This document shows positions 7,637 to 18,670 of a DNA stretch of 50,494 nucleotides, piece by piece (the first letter of the stretch is position 1; each line of letters begins with the position of its first letter). The notes under the pieces were generated by a model, which did no database searches, was not told where the DNA came from, and saw only the letters and a list, made by a program, of their open reading frames with translations. A program made the position numbers and the translations under genes. Source of the DNA: a virus (lineage: Duplodnaviria > Caudoviricetes); IMG/VR virus record IMGVR_UViG_3300031718_000015, positions 1 through 50,494 of that record. One strand, written 5' to 3'.

Positions 7637-10600
7637 TTAGCGCATTTGTTGCATAAATGGTATGTGGGTTTTCTTGACATAGGACTTAGCCGTGGACCTA
7701 ATTTGTTTCATGTCTTTAGGACCGAATATAATCCCCTTCGCACGGGCCTGTTGTTGGAGTTTGAGAGCGGTGTCGGGATGACCATTTTCTAATGCTGTGA
7801 CGATGTCATTCCGATATTGATACCGCATGGTCTTGAGACTTGGTGACATATCCAAGCCGCGAATAATCACTGATGCTGTGGGGCGCTTACCCAACATCTG
7901 TCCAGTCGGACTCTTAACCCCTGCGTTCTTCCACTCCTCATAGGAGTCAATTCCGGCCCGAGCAGCTGGTGATATATCTCCAATTACATCCTTAGTCATT
8001 TTACCCCACTGACCCCAGTCATTGTGGATGTCGCGGCCAGCTTCATAGACTGTAGCTAATGCTGGGCCAGCTACCCACGTACCCACGGTCTCAAGCGATG
8101 GATCACGGGGTAGACCCAATGGGTCTCTCAACGACAACACATCCACATCCACTAAATCTCCCCAACCCATCATATTCGCCACCTGCTGAAAGCCAGTATC
8201 TCGTGGTAGAATGATGCCATGTTTAATTAGTTCGTTTCTAATCAGGTTATACATCATATCGCCACCCAACACCGCGGTAGGACCACCAACGAAACAGAGC
8301 ACCCCAAGTAGATAACTTCTCTGTTTCCATCCCTTAGCCCCTTCGGCACCCTTTAGAATATCTTTATAAAGTGTGCCATAATTGATAATCCAGGGCTTGA
8401 ACTGGGTCATGCTTCGTCTAACCTGTCCGCCCACAAACCCAGTGGGCTTGCCATGTGCCCTGAGATCGAACTGTGTTCTCGTGGTCATCGCATCAGCGTA
8501 GTCTTTAGATGCTTCAATCACACTCCGGCCTGGCACATCTTTAACAAATGTCTTAGCCAGATTCATGTCAGGCTTAAACCCTGGCTCTAGATACTGTAGC
8601 CGGAATGTCTGCCAAGCAAGTGCCTTTCTAAAATGGTCACTTACCTTGGGGAGCCACGACAACGCTTTGATTATGTTTGATTCCCCTCCCGCGGGTGTAA
8701 CCTTATCAAGTGCTGCAACGAACTCAGCGTCTTTTTCAATCAACCCGCGGGCCATGACTTGCTCTATCGAGCCTTTTGGGTCACGATAGAAGGCATTTAG
8801 ACCTCTAACAAATGTGCCCATATCACCTGCGGCAGGTAAAATGGTCATTAGTGGGTGAGTTAATTGAACTGCAGGAAACCTAACCGCCCCCGCTAAGAGC
8901 TTAAACACGGTCTGGAATTGTGTGGAGAACTCTCCGGCCCGCCTCACGTCGTTAATATTCCAGCGTTTTTCGCTCTTGGTGAGTTTAGCTACCTCATTTA
9001 GAAAGTTAGTGAGCTGCTGGTCCTCTTTAAACCCACGAAGCCCACGAAGATTATTAATATAATTAACGTTGTATTCACGCACCGAGCCAGGAAGTGTGGG
9101 GGAGACCTTCCTAAATTCATGCAGCACCTGATCAAAATAACGCTTCGTCACAATCCCATTGACATAACGGCCAACTACTTGGGGCAAGTGCTTATCAACC
9201 ACTACTTCGGCTGCCCCTGGATGGTCTTTGATAACTGCCGGCCCGAAAAAGTGATGTTTGGACACAACATCCGAGCGCGGCCCGCTCTTGATATATTGAC
9301 GAGCAAGTTCTAGCTCTATAGTCTCAAGGCGTTTAATCTTCTTTTGTCTCAACTCTTGTGAAGTCGCGTCAAACACCCCTGACATTCTAGCGAGTTCGTT
9401 AGCCTGTCTAATCTGATTAAGTAGTTCAACCCTCTCATTCTGAATAGGCTGTTGGGTCATATACCCATCAACATATTCCATTCTCAAATCGTTAGATTCA
9501 TCGAAATTCAGCATCCCCTTCATGCGTGTGGCAGCACTAAACTCATCCAACGAAGGGTCTTTGACCTTGCTTCTAAACCCTTCCTGAAGCATTTTAATAC
9601 GCCACCACTGCTTAGGAGTATCGGGTAGTTTTAGCTCTTTTAGTATCACAGGAGCCATCCGGTCAATACCCGTCACATATTCATAGGCAGCGTCAAATAT
9701 ATCATCTCTAAACTTACGTGCGTACTTATTAGTTATCTCATCTACATCTGGTAGAGTCTGAAACAAATGACCATCTGAAGCACGATTAAGTCCCTCCACT
9801 GCTCGCACGACTTTATCGTAGTTAACATCAGGATCACCCTTTGTGGCAGCCAAATAGTTCTTAATGATGGTCCCAGCATTCTCATTAAACAAAGCTTTCT
9901 GCACCTGCATTTCATGTGCGAGTCTAAATACTTGGGCATGAAAATATAAATGGTCAGGATTGTCACTCACATCCCACGAGTTACGCCACTTAGAGAACCA
10001 GCCGCCCCATTTCATGCCGAGTTGTTGGGCTTTGGTTAGAAATGATTTGACCTCAGGGCTAAAGTAGCTATCCGGTGCGACCTCACTATCTAATGGCCCA
10101 CTTCGTGAGATATTGTCAAAAGAGTCCATGTCAATGGGTGTGAAGTCGGGTGTTTTCTTACGGGCCAGGATGGCCATGTAGTTCTTGTTAGTGACTTGGT
10201 TATAACGCCGCATCACAATCGGCTTGAGCTTGACGCGTTCGTCTTGAACATGAGCACGTAAAATAGCCACTTTCACGTGTTCAGGAATAGCATTAACACG
10301 TTCAATTAGCTTCTTATGATTGTTAAAGAACTGTGTTAATGCTACATCACGTTGCTGTGCCTGTTTTTCAGCAAGATCATGTCTAGCTAGGGTGCCAGGT
10401 GTCTCCGGCTCTGTATCTTCAACCATCTGTGGAACACCAAAAGTCTTCCACAAACCACGAGAATCAGCCCAGAACTGCACTGCATGAGTTAGTTCATGCT
10501 CGATAGTAGTAGCAAGCCACTCTTTTTCCTCGCCCTTTTTATAGCCGAATGACTCAAGTGATTCCTGACCCGATTTTGTGTTAGGTAAGTGGGCAGAGTT

Positions 10601-12613
10601 GATGTCAATAACCACTCGACCATCAGTGCCAACGCGCGTTTGAGCTAACCAGTCGTCCTCAGGGGCATCGCGTACAATAAACTTAGATACAATACGTGTC
10701 ATCACACGCGGGAAACGATTAGTGACAGCTTGAATCGCGGCCCGCAAATCACCTAACGTCGTTGGCGGGACCTTGAGAGCTACTTTCAACCCACTTGCAT
10801 ACGTAACCGGTGGTGCTTCCTGTGCCTTAGCAGCATGTTGAAGCATCTCGAACGGGGTGTATTTGGATGCTCTAATATCTGTCGCCAATGCTTTGGCACT
10901 TGGCGAACCATATAACTTAGCAACCAAGTCTAAATGCTCGACTTTATTCAGGTCTAAACCTGTCTCTGGATATTTTATCGGCTCGGTCTTACCAAACACC
11001 GCCTCTTCAACATCTTTCATAGAGCGCGAAAACACCGTCCTCGGTGGCTCTTGGGTTCTCAAATCATACGAGATGCTTTTCATCTCCGTGGTGAACTGAG
11101 AGGGCACACGTTCAGACTTGAACTTAGAAAAGTCAATGATTATATCACGGGATGTATCAGGTGTTTTTAGAATAAACCCATCATACCCACGTTGCTTAGC
11201 GAACCGGCCTAGAAATTCACGGGCAACGCTATCCGGTTTCTCACTCTGGTCATAAACCGAGAGCATTTCTTTATTACTCGGATAGAGCTTAGTGAGAGCA
11301 TCACGATAGGGTGTGTCATGACCGACCATTAGAACAGCAGGATTCTTGAGCGAGACGGGCGTTGGAGTACCCAAATCTACTCCTGGATGGTCTGCATTCA
11401 CAAAAACCCGCCCGCGATCTTCTTGTAACAATACGGTCTTAGTCCCATTAAAGGGCTGGCCGGTTGTGGTGTAAGCTGTACCAACGTGAGCACCAGGCTC
11501 TAAAGGATGCTGAACTGGCTTCTTTGAGCTAGTACTCAATACCTCACGAACACCACCTAGATTCTCTGGTACTGGATTACTCGCACCCGCCTCAGCTAAT
11601 GCTCGATCACTAGTATCGCGTGCTTTGATTTTAGCTCGTTTAGAAATACGGTCCAAATCGGCCCGAATCTTAGCACGCATCTTAGCTTCGGACATTTCTG
11701 GCTTGTTGGGTGCTTTCTTAGGAAAGGCTGGGTTAACCTCACCACTAACACTCGTCGCGGGCTTGGGAATCGGGCCAGGTTCGACTGGAGGCTCAGTAGG
11801 AGTCGACTCCCGCATTGTAAACGCCGGCCCGCCTTCGGACCATTCACCCTTAGCCAGGTTAATAGGCATCGGGGGTTTCTCAGGACCAAATACACTCGAC
11901 GGGGCTGGTAGAGCTTTCTGTGGTTCTGGCACAGGCGCTTGCGTTTCGGGTTTAACTTTAGAGAACTCCGCGTCGATCGACGGTTCTTCCTCACGACCAA
12001 AATACTCACCTACCGCACTACCTACACTCCCTAAAATCTTACTCAACAAAAAGCTAGCCGGTGGTGCGATAGCTCCAATTTCAGCCCCAGTTTTAGCTCC
12101 TTCCCATGTGCGAGTGTCAGCGAAGCCTAACCCAGCGCCGGCCAGGCTCCCACGAATCATCGTAGGTATAGCACCTTTAGCTAACCAAGGGACCGCTTTA
12201 GCTAGTCCTGCCTCAGTTGCCTCCCACGGTGCTCCATAACCGGCCGCGCCACCAGCTAACTCAGCTGTGCCACCCACATACTTAGGTAGCGGCTCCACCT
12301 GAGATTGAATCTGTTTGAGAAACTCCTCACTACGAGGTTCTGGGCTTAAGTCCTTGCCATAACCGAGTGCGCTAATACCGCCACGAATGACGCTCTCTGG
12401 TAGTTCCGCAGCCCCGCGAACAACCTCAGCTGGTATTAACTCAGCAAATGACTTAACTCTTTCCTTCGTGAGTGCCGACCCAATATCACTAATCTTCCCA
12501 ATCTGCGGGTCATTATTATCATACGCCTCTTTCAGTCGCGCAACGGCCTGGCCACGATCAAGACCTTCGAGCTTTTGTATCTGACTAACCGCCGATTCAA
12601 AATCGAGAGGCAT
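7637..12613 (-). CDS. Large internal virion/ejection (polyvalent) protein with zincin metallopeptidase and ART-like segments
   Basis: 1658 aa, last of the ejection-gene cluster; IEHELTH zincin motif; VSLKNPA...GYDGFI resembles ART-PolyVal. Confidence 0.7.
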   Translation of the reverse strand: MPLDFESAVSQIQKLEGLDRGQAVARLKEAYDNNDPQIGKISDIGSALTKERVKSFAELIPAEVVRGAAELPESVIRGGISALGYGKDLSPEPRSEEFLKQIQSQVEPLPKYVGGTAELAGGAAGYGAPWEATEAGLAKAVPWLAKGAIPTMIRGSLAGAGLGFADTRTWEGAKTGAEIGAIAPPASFLLSKILGSVGSAVGEYFGREEEPSIDAEFSKVKPETQAPVPEPQKALPAPSSVFGPEKPPMPINLAKGEWSEGGPAFTMRESTPTEPPVEPGPIPKPATSVSGEVNPAFPKKAPNKPEMSEAKMRAKIRADLDRISKRAKIKARDTSDRALAEAGASNPVPENLGGVREVLSTSSKKPVQHPLEPGAHVGTAYTTTGQPFNGTKTVLLQEDRGRVFVNADHPGVDLGTPTPVSLKNPAVLMVGHDTPYRDALTKLYPSNKEMLSVYDQSEKPDSVAREFLGRFAKQRGYDGFILKTPDTSRDIIIDFSKFKSERVPSQFTTEMKSISYDLRTQEPPRTVFSRSMKDVEEAVFGKTEPIKYPETGLDLNKVEHLDLVAKLYGSPSAKALATDIRASKYTPFEMLQHAAKAQEAPPVTYASGLKVALKVPPTTLGDLRAAIQAVTNRFPRVMTRIVSKFIVRDAPEDDWLAQTRVGTDGRVVIDINSAHLPNTKSGQESLESFGYKKGEEKEWLATTIEHELTHAVQFWADSRGLWKTFGVPQMVEDTEPETPGTLARHDLAEKQAQQRDVALTQFFNNHKKLIERVNAIPEHVKVAILRAHVQDERVKLKPIVMRRYNQVTNKNYMAILARKKTPDFTPIDMDSFDNISRSGPLDSEVAPDSYFSPEVKSFLTKAQQLGMKWGGWFSKWRNSWDVSDNPDHLYFHAQVFRLAHEMQVQKALFNENAGTIIKNYLAATKGDPDVNYDKVVRAVEGLNRASDGHLFQTLPDVDEITNKYARKFRDDIFDAAYEYVTGIDRMAPVILKELKLPDTPKQWWRIKMLQEGFRSKVKDPSLDEFSAATRMKGMLNFDESNDLRMEYVDGYMTQQPIQNERVELLNQIRQANELARMSGVFDATSQELRQKKIKRLETIELELARQYIKSGPRSDVVSKHHFFGPAVIKDHPGAAEVVVDKHLPQVVGRYVNGIVTKRYFDQVLHEFRKVSPTLPGSVREYNVNYINNLRGLRGFKEDQQLTNFLNEVAKLTKSEKRWNINDVRRAGEFSTQFQTVFKLLAGAVRFPAVQLTHPLMTILPAAGDMGTFVRGLNAFYRDPKGSIEQVMARGLIEKDAEFVAALDKVTPAGGESNIIKALSWLPKVSDHFRKALAWQTFRLQYLEPGFKPDMNLAKTFVKDVPGRSVIEASKDYADAMTTRTQFDLRAHGKPTGFVGGQVRRSMTQFKPWIINYGTLYKDILKGAEGAKGWKQRSYLLGVLCFVGGPTAVLGGDMMYNLIRNELIKHGIILPRDTGFQQVANMMGWGDLVDVDVLSLRDPLGLPRDPSLETVGTWVAGPALATVYEAGRDIHNDWGQWGKMTKDVIGDISPAARAGIDSYEEWKNAGVKSPTGQMLGKRPTASVIIRGLDMSPSLKTMRYQYRNDIVTALENGHPDTALKLQQQARAKGIIFGPKDMKQIRSTAKSYVKKTHIPFMQQMR

Positions 12614-13527
12614 TAGTGTTCACTCAAAGCAGGTAAGGGTCTATAACTACTCGAACCAGCCTTAGCTGGAGGTTCTTCTTCGTAATAGTCCTTACCTAAC
12701 TCTTGCGGTGTCTTATATGTGCCTGCCTTCTCCAACATCTTTCGTTGGCGCTTCTCTAATTTATCTCGTTGGTCGAGTAAGCGTTGCTCTTGCACTGAAC
12801 CTTCGGTAGTATTAGCCAACTGTTGGTCTATCGACTGCAAGCGACGATTGAGCGACTCGTTGAGGTCATTGTACATCTTGTCAAGAGGCGCGTTTTTCTG
12901 CTTGGTCTCAGCGTCAGTCATGCGCTCTTTAGTATAACTAGCAAGTTGATTAGCTAAATCCAACCGTCCTTGTGAGACATAATCTCTAATCGCTGAGTTG
13001 GCTTCTTGCATACCGATGCGTTGCGTCTGAATGTCAAGTGAGTTCTGCATTGCCTGAATCTTGTTTATCCGGTCCTGCTCTCGCAACTCACCAATGCCTT
13101 TAACGCCACTAGGTAACTCCGCCCCTATTTCTGGCTCACCAAGGGTTCCAGCCAACTTGCGGGCCGGATCGGTGCCGAATTGGGTACCGAATTGTTGAAT
13201 GGACTGTAACTTATCCATCCTTTGTGAGTCACGTTCATTCTTAGCGACTTGTCCACCCGCCCACATTTGATCGCTTAGACCAGGTGAGACGGGTTTGAAC
13301 TTAGATTCTAAGCCCAATACCTGACCAAGTTTATCAATCGGTCCATAAGCCGGTGCAGGTGTAGCCACTGGGTCCTGCACATTCATCCCACCTTGAACTT
13401 GCGCCCGAATATGCTGTAGAATCGCACCCTCACGTGCCGCGCGGTCAGCTGCAAACGCCGTGGGATCGGGGTCGTAGCTTTCAGTGCCCTGTAATAGCTG
13501 ACTTAGTATATCCCCTGATTGTGGCAT
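12613..13527 (-). CDS. Putative internal virion/ejection protein
   Basis: 304 aa, Gln-rich coiled coil; position in podovirus gene order. Confidence 0.55.
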   Translation of the reverse strand: MPQSGDILSQLLQGTESYDPDPTAFAADRAAREGAILQHIRAQVQGGMNVQDPVATPAPAYGPIDKLGQVLGLESKFKPVSPGLSDQMWAGGQVAKNERDSQRMDKLQSIQQFGTQFGTDPARKLAGTLGEPEIGAELPSGVKGIGELREQDRINKIQAMQNSLDIQTQRIGMQEANSAIRDYVSQGRLDLANQLASYTKERMTDAETKQKNAPLDKMYNDLNESLNRRLQSIDQQLANTTEGSVQEQRLLDQRDKLEKRQRKMLEKAGTYKTPQELGKDYYEEEPPAKAGSSSYRPLPALSEH

Positions 13528-13982
13528 TAAGGTACTCCGCTAATAATCTTTGCCAGCAAGCCACCAGCACCTGTGGCACCTGTTGAAAACTGTGCTGGAA
13601 TACCCAAGCGTGTCATGAGCGGGCCAATTATTGATTGAAGGGTTTCTCGATATTGCTGACCCAAAACATCAGCCTCACTACCCAAGTTCGCGGCCCCGCC
13701 CGCCATGCCTGCGTAACCTATTTTCTCACCTCTTTGGGCCTGATAAAGTGGTAACTCAGCACTCGGCATCTCCTCACGTGTTAACTGACTCGCCACCCCT
13801 TGGTCAACCGTCCCACCACCAGGCAAAACCTGCTCGGGTGGATTACCAAGCGCCCCAAAAGTGCCTTGCATAGCTTTAAGGCCACTAGGCTTACGTTGAT
13901 TGAGCTTATTAGTCGCCACGCTCCCAACCGAATTCATCAGGTTGGTGAGCATATTAAAGCCACTTGGGTCTGAGATAGCCAC
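13527..13982 (-). CDS. Putative ejection/pilot protein
   Basis: Gly/Ala-rich 151 aa, tightly coupled to neighbours. Confidence 0.5.
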   Translation of the reverse strand: MAISDPSGFNMLTNLMNSVGSVATNKLNQRKPSGLKAMQGTFGALGNPPEQVLPGGGTVDQGVASQLTREEMPSAELPLYQAQRGEKIGYAGMAGGAANLGSEADVLGQQYRETLQSIIGPLMTRLGIPAQFSTGATGAGGLLAKIISGVP

Positions 13983-14495
13983 CTAAATTAGCCTCTGTAT
14001 TTGTGAGAGTAAGCTACCCTGACCGCTAAATAGGCCAGCACTCAGTAAGCCTCTACCAGAACCAGGCGCGCCGGTGACATAATTCGGGGCGGTGGGAGTG
14101 CCAAAGAGACCTGACAACACATCACCTGCCCCACTCACGTCCTCGGCTGTGCTACCTATGTTTGCTCTCACAGCGTTAGCTGCATCACCACCAAGTCCTA
14201 GCAGTGAGTTCAGAATCTGAAGTCTTTGCTGTTGGGTTTGCGCCGATCCTTGTGCATTAACTTGGGCCGCACCTTGATTATACTGGGACCGTAGTCCCTG
14301 ATACATCGTGGGAGCTGCTCCCGTGGTAGTAAGTCCTCGACTCGCAATATCCGAGATTCCTTGTTCTTCTGCACCGGCGTAGCCCTCACTTAGTTGGTCA
14401 AAGCCTGCGGTGTTGACACCAGGAATGGGGCTATAGAGTAACTTGTCAAGTGCCCCACTACCGGTATTGAGATATGAACTCGGCGAACCTGGCAT
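13983..14495 (-). CDS. Putative ejection/pilot protein
   Basis: Gly/Ala/Gln-rich 170 aa immediately after the nozzle-like gene. Confidence 0.5.
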   Translation of the reverse strand: MPGSPSSYLNTGSGALDKLLYSPIPGVNTAGFDQLSEGYAGAEEQGISDIASRGLTTTGAAPTMYQGLRSQYNQGAAQVNAQGSAQTQQQRLQILNSLLGLGGDAANAVRANIGSTAEDVSGAGDVLSGLFGTPTAPNYVTGAPGSGRGLLSAGLFSGQGSLLSQIQRLI

Positions 14496-16399
14496 TATTG
14501 TGCTCCCATTTTGAGTTCGCTCTTGATCTTAGCTCGACTCAAGAGAGCTGCCACGCCATTATTGACACTATGAGATAGCTGAATCACAATCTCTTTGCCA
14601 CTCAAACCAATCGGCACTTTCGTGAATAGTGGCACCGGTGTGCTAAACGTCTGGCCACCATCAACAGAAAACGCGATCCGCCAATTCATTAAATCTGTCC
14701 CACTCGGCACATAATGCTGCCAAGTTTTCCACAAATCGACATTGTCCATCGGTAGCTGCTGATGTGTCGCTACCGCCACAAGCGAGCCATTTCCACCAGC
14801 ATTATCATACAAACGATAGACATTCCCATCAGCCCCACTGAACACGATATCAGTAGAACCATCGGCAAATTCAAGTTCTCGAATTGTAATAACCTCAGTG
14901 GGCAGTCCTTTAACAACGCTAAAAGGTGACTCCCGACCAAGGTCTGCAAGAATAATCTGATCGTTGTATTGTTTAGCATTTATGTTGACCGCGAGATATA
15001 GTATACTGCGATCGGTGTCGATGTCACCATTAACACCCGTTTGAAAACTACTCTTTTGAATCGAGTCGGTGAGGGGTTTGATTTGGTCACCGATAAATGG
15101 CGGGCCGGCCTCGGCAAATGACAATCGGGCGAGTGATTGACTAGTAAGGACGTAGACTTTATCCCCGTCTGTAATAGCGGCCCTTCGCCCGACAGCTCCG
15201 CGTCTAGCATCGACTGGTACCTCCACGAAACTTGTGAAATCTGTGCCTGTGATTTGCCTAGCTGTGTTCTTACCATTCACAATCAATCTATCAGACAGAG
15301 CCACTACCGCTGTGATCTGATCTAGTATTGTATTAGGAAACTTAAAGAAGTTATAAATCCCAAACGACTGAAAGTCCCCGATATTAGAGAACCATATAGT
15401 ATTCAGATTCGGGTCTACTAACCAATATCTCGACTGATACACGGCGCCCCAGACGGCACCAACGGGGGGAGGATTATTGGCACCGATAGCTGGGGCACCT
15501 TGTGGAGGGTTGACCAACAAGTTGTCATCGGTCGGCCCGATATTACCAGCGGCGTAGCCATCATAAATGGTGGTTGTTGCACCCTGGATTAAAATCGAAT
15601 CGTTAGAGTCAGATAGATTATTACCTGCTCCGTCATACAACATCGGGGGCAGGAAGAATGTTGCACCACCATCTCGTGTTCTATAGACCCGAATTCGGGT
15701 ATAACCACTCCCAATCGGTGGAGCAGGCGTAGGAATAACTAGCTTGACTTGTGTGATATAGGGAGTAGCTAGGGGTGGAGTATTCACTGTCGTCGTTATA
15801 ATCGACGAGTTCTCCACTGGTGATGGTGACGATTCGTGAAGGGTCTGTGGGTTGAAATAGGTCCATTCGTACTGTATCCCAACCTGCATGAAGTAGGTAT
15901 TGACATTTGATGCCGAAAATGAAGCTGTTAGCGATAACTGAGTCGCGGGTGGGCTAACACCTATTTGTGTAATCACCACTCCATCATATTTAACCGGTGG
16001 AAGTCCTGGCAGCGTGGACAATAGATAGTTAATTGCTTCGTTAGTCGGTAAGCCAGTACCTGGAAATATACACACAAAAGGCTGACCTGGATTCGCACCA
16101 AGATTGGCCAGTGGTAGATTAGCGATAAGGTCATAAATGACACCGTCCTGGCCGATGCCAAGGTCATAGAATGGTGTTGAAGGTTGCTGACGCCACGCGA
16201 TCATCTCGACAATTGGTGCGGCAAACGGGCCGCTGATCTTAAGTGGGCCAACTATCTTACGTATCGACCCAGGCACAAACATATCACAATTCTCTAAACG
16301 CTGCCATGAGTCATACGGACGCATCAGCACATCGGGCTGAATATTTAAGCCTTTAAAGCCCAGAAATTCGAGTGGCGGATTGTCAACCTTAACGCGCAT
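14495..16399 (-). CDS. Tail hub/nozzle protein (P22 gp10 / tail tubular B-like)
   Basis: N-terminal FKGLN...ENCD...GSIRK; beta-propeller-like IWFS, ITAVVAL, RLIV; insert with YEWTY...ESSPSP...IRVYRT. Confidence 0.7.
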   Translation of the reverse strand: MRVKVDNPPLEFLGFKGLNIQPDVLMRPYDSWQRLENCDMFVPGSIRKIVGPLKISGPFAAPIVEMIAWRQQPSTPFYDLGIGQDGVIYDLIANLPLANLGANPGQPFVCIFPGTGLPTNEAINYLLSTLPGLPPVKYDGVVITQIGVSPPATQLSLTASFSASNVNTYFMQVGIQYEWTYFNPQTLHESSPSPVENSSIITTTVNTPPLATPYITQVKLVIPTPAPPIGSGYTRIRVYRTRDGGATFFLPPMLYDGAGNNLSDSNDSILIQGATTTIYDGYAAGNIGPTDDNLLVNPPQGAPAIGANNPPPVGAVWGAVYQSRYWLVDPNLNTIWFSNIGDFQSFGIYNFFKFPNTILDQITAVVALSDRLIVNGKNTARQITGTDFTSFVEVPVDARRGAVGRRAAITDGDKVYVLTSQSLARLSFAEAGPPFIGDQIKPLTDSIQKSSFQTGVNGDIDTDRSILYLAVNINAKQYNDQIILADLGRESPFSVVKGLPTEVITIRELEFADGSTDIVFSGADGNVYRLYDNAGGNGSLVAVATHQQLPMDNVDLWKTWQHYVPSGTDLMNWRIAFSVDGGQTFSTPVPLFTKVPIGLSGKEIVIQLSHSVNNGVAALLSRAKIKSELKMGAQ

Positions 16400-16423
16400 A
16401 TCTATTGCATTTTGAAATAGCTA
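16399..16423. repeat. 25-bp quasi-palindrome, copy 3
   Basis: TATCTATTGCATTTTGAAATAGCTA; spans exactly from the upstream stop to the first base of the downstream ATG. Confidence 0.92.
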
Positions 16424-17200
16424 TCGCCGCCCACTAAACGTGAGATAGTGATATGTTGGTCCAATCAACCGAATCTCGGGTGGTCGATATGAATTACGTG
16501 CTTGAATCTCTAGTTGTTGGTTCCAATAAGCTAACGTCGTCGCCACCCCACTAGCATCAACCATCTCGTCTTGTGTCTTAATACAGTCCATCGTTGCGTC
16601 CCAGGCAACAACCTCTTGCACAATTTGTGCATAGGGCAACGAGATATAGTCATCATCATCGTTTAGGAAGCGTTCCCACCTAATATAGCGAACCCAGATA
16701 CCCTGAATGTTAATGGCAGGACTGAAATCTACTGGGTCTTGATTTAGTACTATTTGAGCACCAACCCGTCTCCATGTAGGTCTACCAACCTGACCGCTAA
16801 ATCCATGCGGCGCTTCGATCTCATCCTGATAACTCATCAGTCGGTAGGAATCTGGTGAAGCTGGAGCAGCTATTCCAGGGTTCTTCCACCACAAGCCTCG
16901 CAACTGACACATATCGGGCGGGAGAGCATATTGCACTTGCCCAGGTGCCGCGTCATAAAACACCTCTTTAGCATAGAGAGTTTCGTTCTCAGCATTTAAC
17001 AACAAGCTCGTCTTCGTGAGTGACGAGTTGATTCTTAGATTCAGGTCTTGGGCTGAGTATTGTGCATTCAGGCCCAGATAGGTGGTACCCGACTCCTGGC
17101 CGGAAATCGGGTCCACCACCTGAGCGCGCAACGACGCGAGGTTTCGCAGGACGTACGCCCGCAACTCGGCCAAGTTGTAGCGGTTGAATTCGTCCGGCAT
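16421..17200 (-). CDS. Head-tail adaptor (tail tubular A / gp4-like)
   Basis: NLAELRAYV...DLNLRIN...QYALPPD...GRPT pattern; precedes the nozzle gene. Confidence 0.65.
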   Translation of the reverse strand: MPDEFNRYNLAELRAYVLRNLASLRAQVVDPISGQESGTTYLGLNAQYSAQDLNLRINSSLTKTSLLLNAENETLYAKEVFYDAAPGQVQYALPPDMCQLRGLWWKNPGIAAPASPDSYRLMSYQDEIEAPHGFSGQVGRPTWRRVGAQIVLNQDPVDFSPAINIQGIWVRYIRWERFLNDDDDYISLPYAQIVQEVVAWDATMDCIKTQDEMVDASGVATTLAYWNQQLEIQARNSYRPPEIRLIGPTYHYLTFSGRR

Positions 17201-17205
17201 TTTAT

Positions 17206-17493
17206 TTACCTACTTGTCGTCACGAACGCACTTGCAGGCCCGGCCTCAGCCGCGTCAGTTATCACCTGCACGTAATCAATCGGTTCATCGACCAATACCT
17301 GACCACCCCCAGGAGCGATGGTCCCGAGATTCAGCCACGGCCCTAATGGTGTGGGCGCTTTCAACACCGACATCGGGGCCGAATTACCGGTGCCATAAAC
17401 TACAAATGGCACCATTCTCGTACCCACGGAGCGGATGTCGAGGGCTTTAGAGGTGACACCCGCTCCAACACCATTGAGTAGTTGCAAGGCCAC
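17206..17493 (-). CDS. Hypothetical small beta-rich virion protein
   Basis: 95-aa ORF coupled within the structural operon. Confidence 0.55.
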   Translation of the reverse strand: MALQLLNGVGAGVTSKALDIRSVGTRMVPFVVYGTGNSAPMSVLKAPTPLGPWLNLGTIAPGGGQVLVDEPIDYVQVITDAAEAGPASAFVTTSR

Positions 17494-18143
17494 TAGAGGT
17501 CAATCTCCATACTCACAGCAATAACCGTTGCCGTGGGCGAGCCAGTGGGGGTAACACTATAAAATAGTATATCCCCTGGCCCGATGTATTGGATGTGAGT
17601 TTGATCCGAACAACTCGTCGCCGTCGCACCGCTGATAGTACAGGTCAACACCGTGGACGATAGTCCTGTTAACGCTGAGATATCGTTGAGTGCAATAGCA
17701 TAACTAGTTGCCGCCCCAGGCGCCGTGAGAGCACCACCAGTTGTCATGGAGTCCGCAAATAGATTTACGGCATCGCCGGCAATTGGTTGGATTTCCCACA
17801 CCTCACCCTCAACCGAGGCTGCCACAAATGTAATAACACCCGAAATCGGCATGAAGCTCGCGACACTGTTAGATACCGCAGTGTTCGACGAAGCATAGAC
17901 CGTCTCGCGATGTTCGCCACTGACATGTGGGATGGCACCAGGAGTGGGCAAGGCCGTGGGGGTTCCGGTCGCCGTTGCCGTAGAGGTGGCCGTAGCAGTA
18001 AAAGCCGCCGCCGGAAACGGACCCAATATGGGCGTATGTTTGGATGACATGGTGAGCAAACTGGTCGCTAAGACCAGATAAGCCACCAACAACACCCCGA
18101 CGTATTTCGCAATACGTCTGTTATTATTTCTATCGTCGTTCAC
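17493..18143 (-). CDS. Membrane-anchored/secreted protein with TATAT linker
   Basis: RRIAK followed by a hydrophobic helix, TATATSTATATGTPT linker, C-terminal beta domain with a Cys pair. Confidence 0.6.
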   Translation of the reverse strand: MNDDRNNNRRIAKYVGVLLVAYLVLATSLLTMSSKHTPILGPFPAAAFTATATSTATATGTPTALPTPGAIPHVSGEHRETVYASSNTAVSNSVASFMPISGVITFVAASVEGEVWEIQPIAGDAVNLFADSMTTGGALTAPGAATSYAIALNDISALTGLSSTVLTCTISGATATSCSDQTHIQYIGPGDILFYSVTPTGSPTATVIAVSMEIDL

Positions 18144-18154
18144 ATTTTACCTCG

Positions 18155-18670
18155 CTAGGCTTGTGCAGAGATGACCTGCACTCCGTACGCGGGCCGCGCA
18201 GCCAAGACCCACGCGATGCGGCCGGTTCCACCGTCGGAGCCAGCACAGTTGATTTGAATAACACCCGCTTGCAAGCCGCCGGTCATATGGATTGGAGTCA
18301 CTTGTGCTATCGCAACTCCATTCGCATTCAACGTGGCAGCATTCGCAAGGGTGCCAGTGATAGAGAATATGGTCCCGACCGTTGCGGCATTAACATCAAC
18401 CGTTGCACATAGATCGACCGCGGCCAGCGCGTCCATGAGACCTTGCAGCTTTATGGCATTTGCGACAGCGCCGATAGCACTAGTCACAATCCCAAAGATG
18501 TCAACGATCTCGATAGCTGCATAGCCACCCGCACCATATGACCCAATTCCCGGCCCGATTGAGTTCTGGAATTGGAATATGGTTTTGGTCGTGGTCTGTG
18601 GTAACGGCAACGGTGCCGTACGGAACATCGTGACCTGGCCCGGAAAGGTATTTGGAGGAAAGTTAGGCAT
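18155..18670 (-). CDS. Hypothetical virion (capsid-associated) protein
   Basis: 171 aa directly after the MCP; GGAGG RBS. Confidence 0.6.
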   Translation of the reverse strand: MPNFPPNTFPGQVTMFRTAPLPLPQTTTKTIFQFQNSIGPGIGSYGAGGYAAIEIVDIFGIVTSAIGAVANAIKLQGLMDALAAVDLCATVDVNAATVGTIFSITGTLANAATLNANGVAIAQVTPIHMTGGLQAGVIQINCAGSDGGTGRIAWVLAARPAYGVQVISAQA

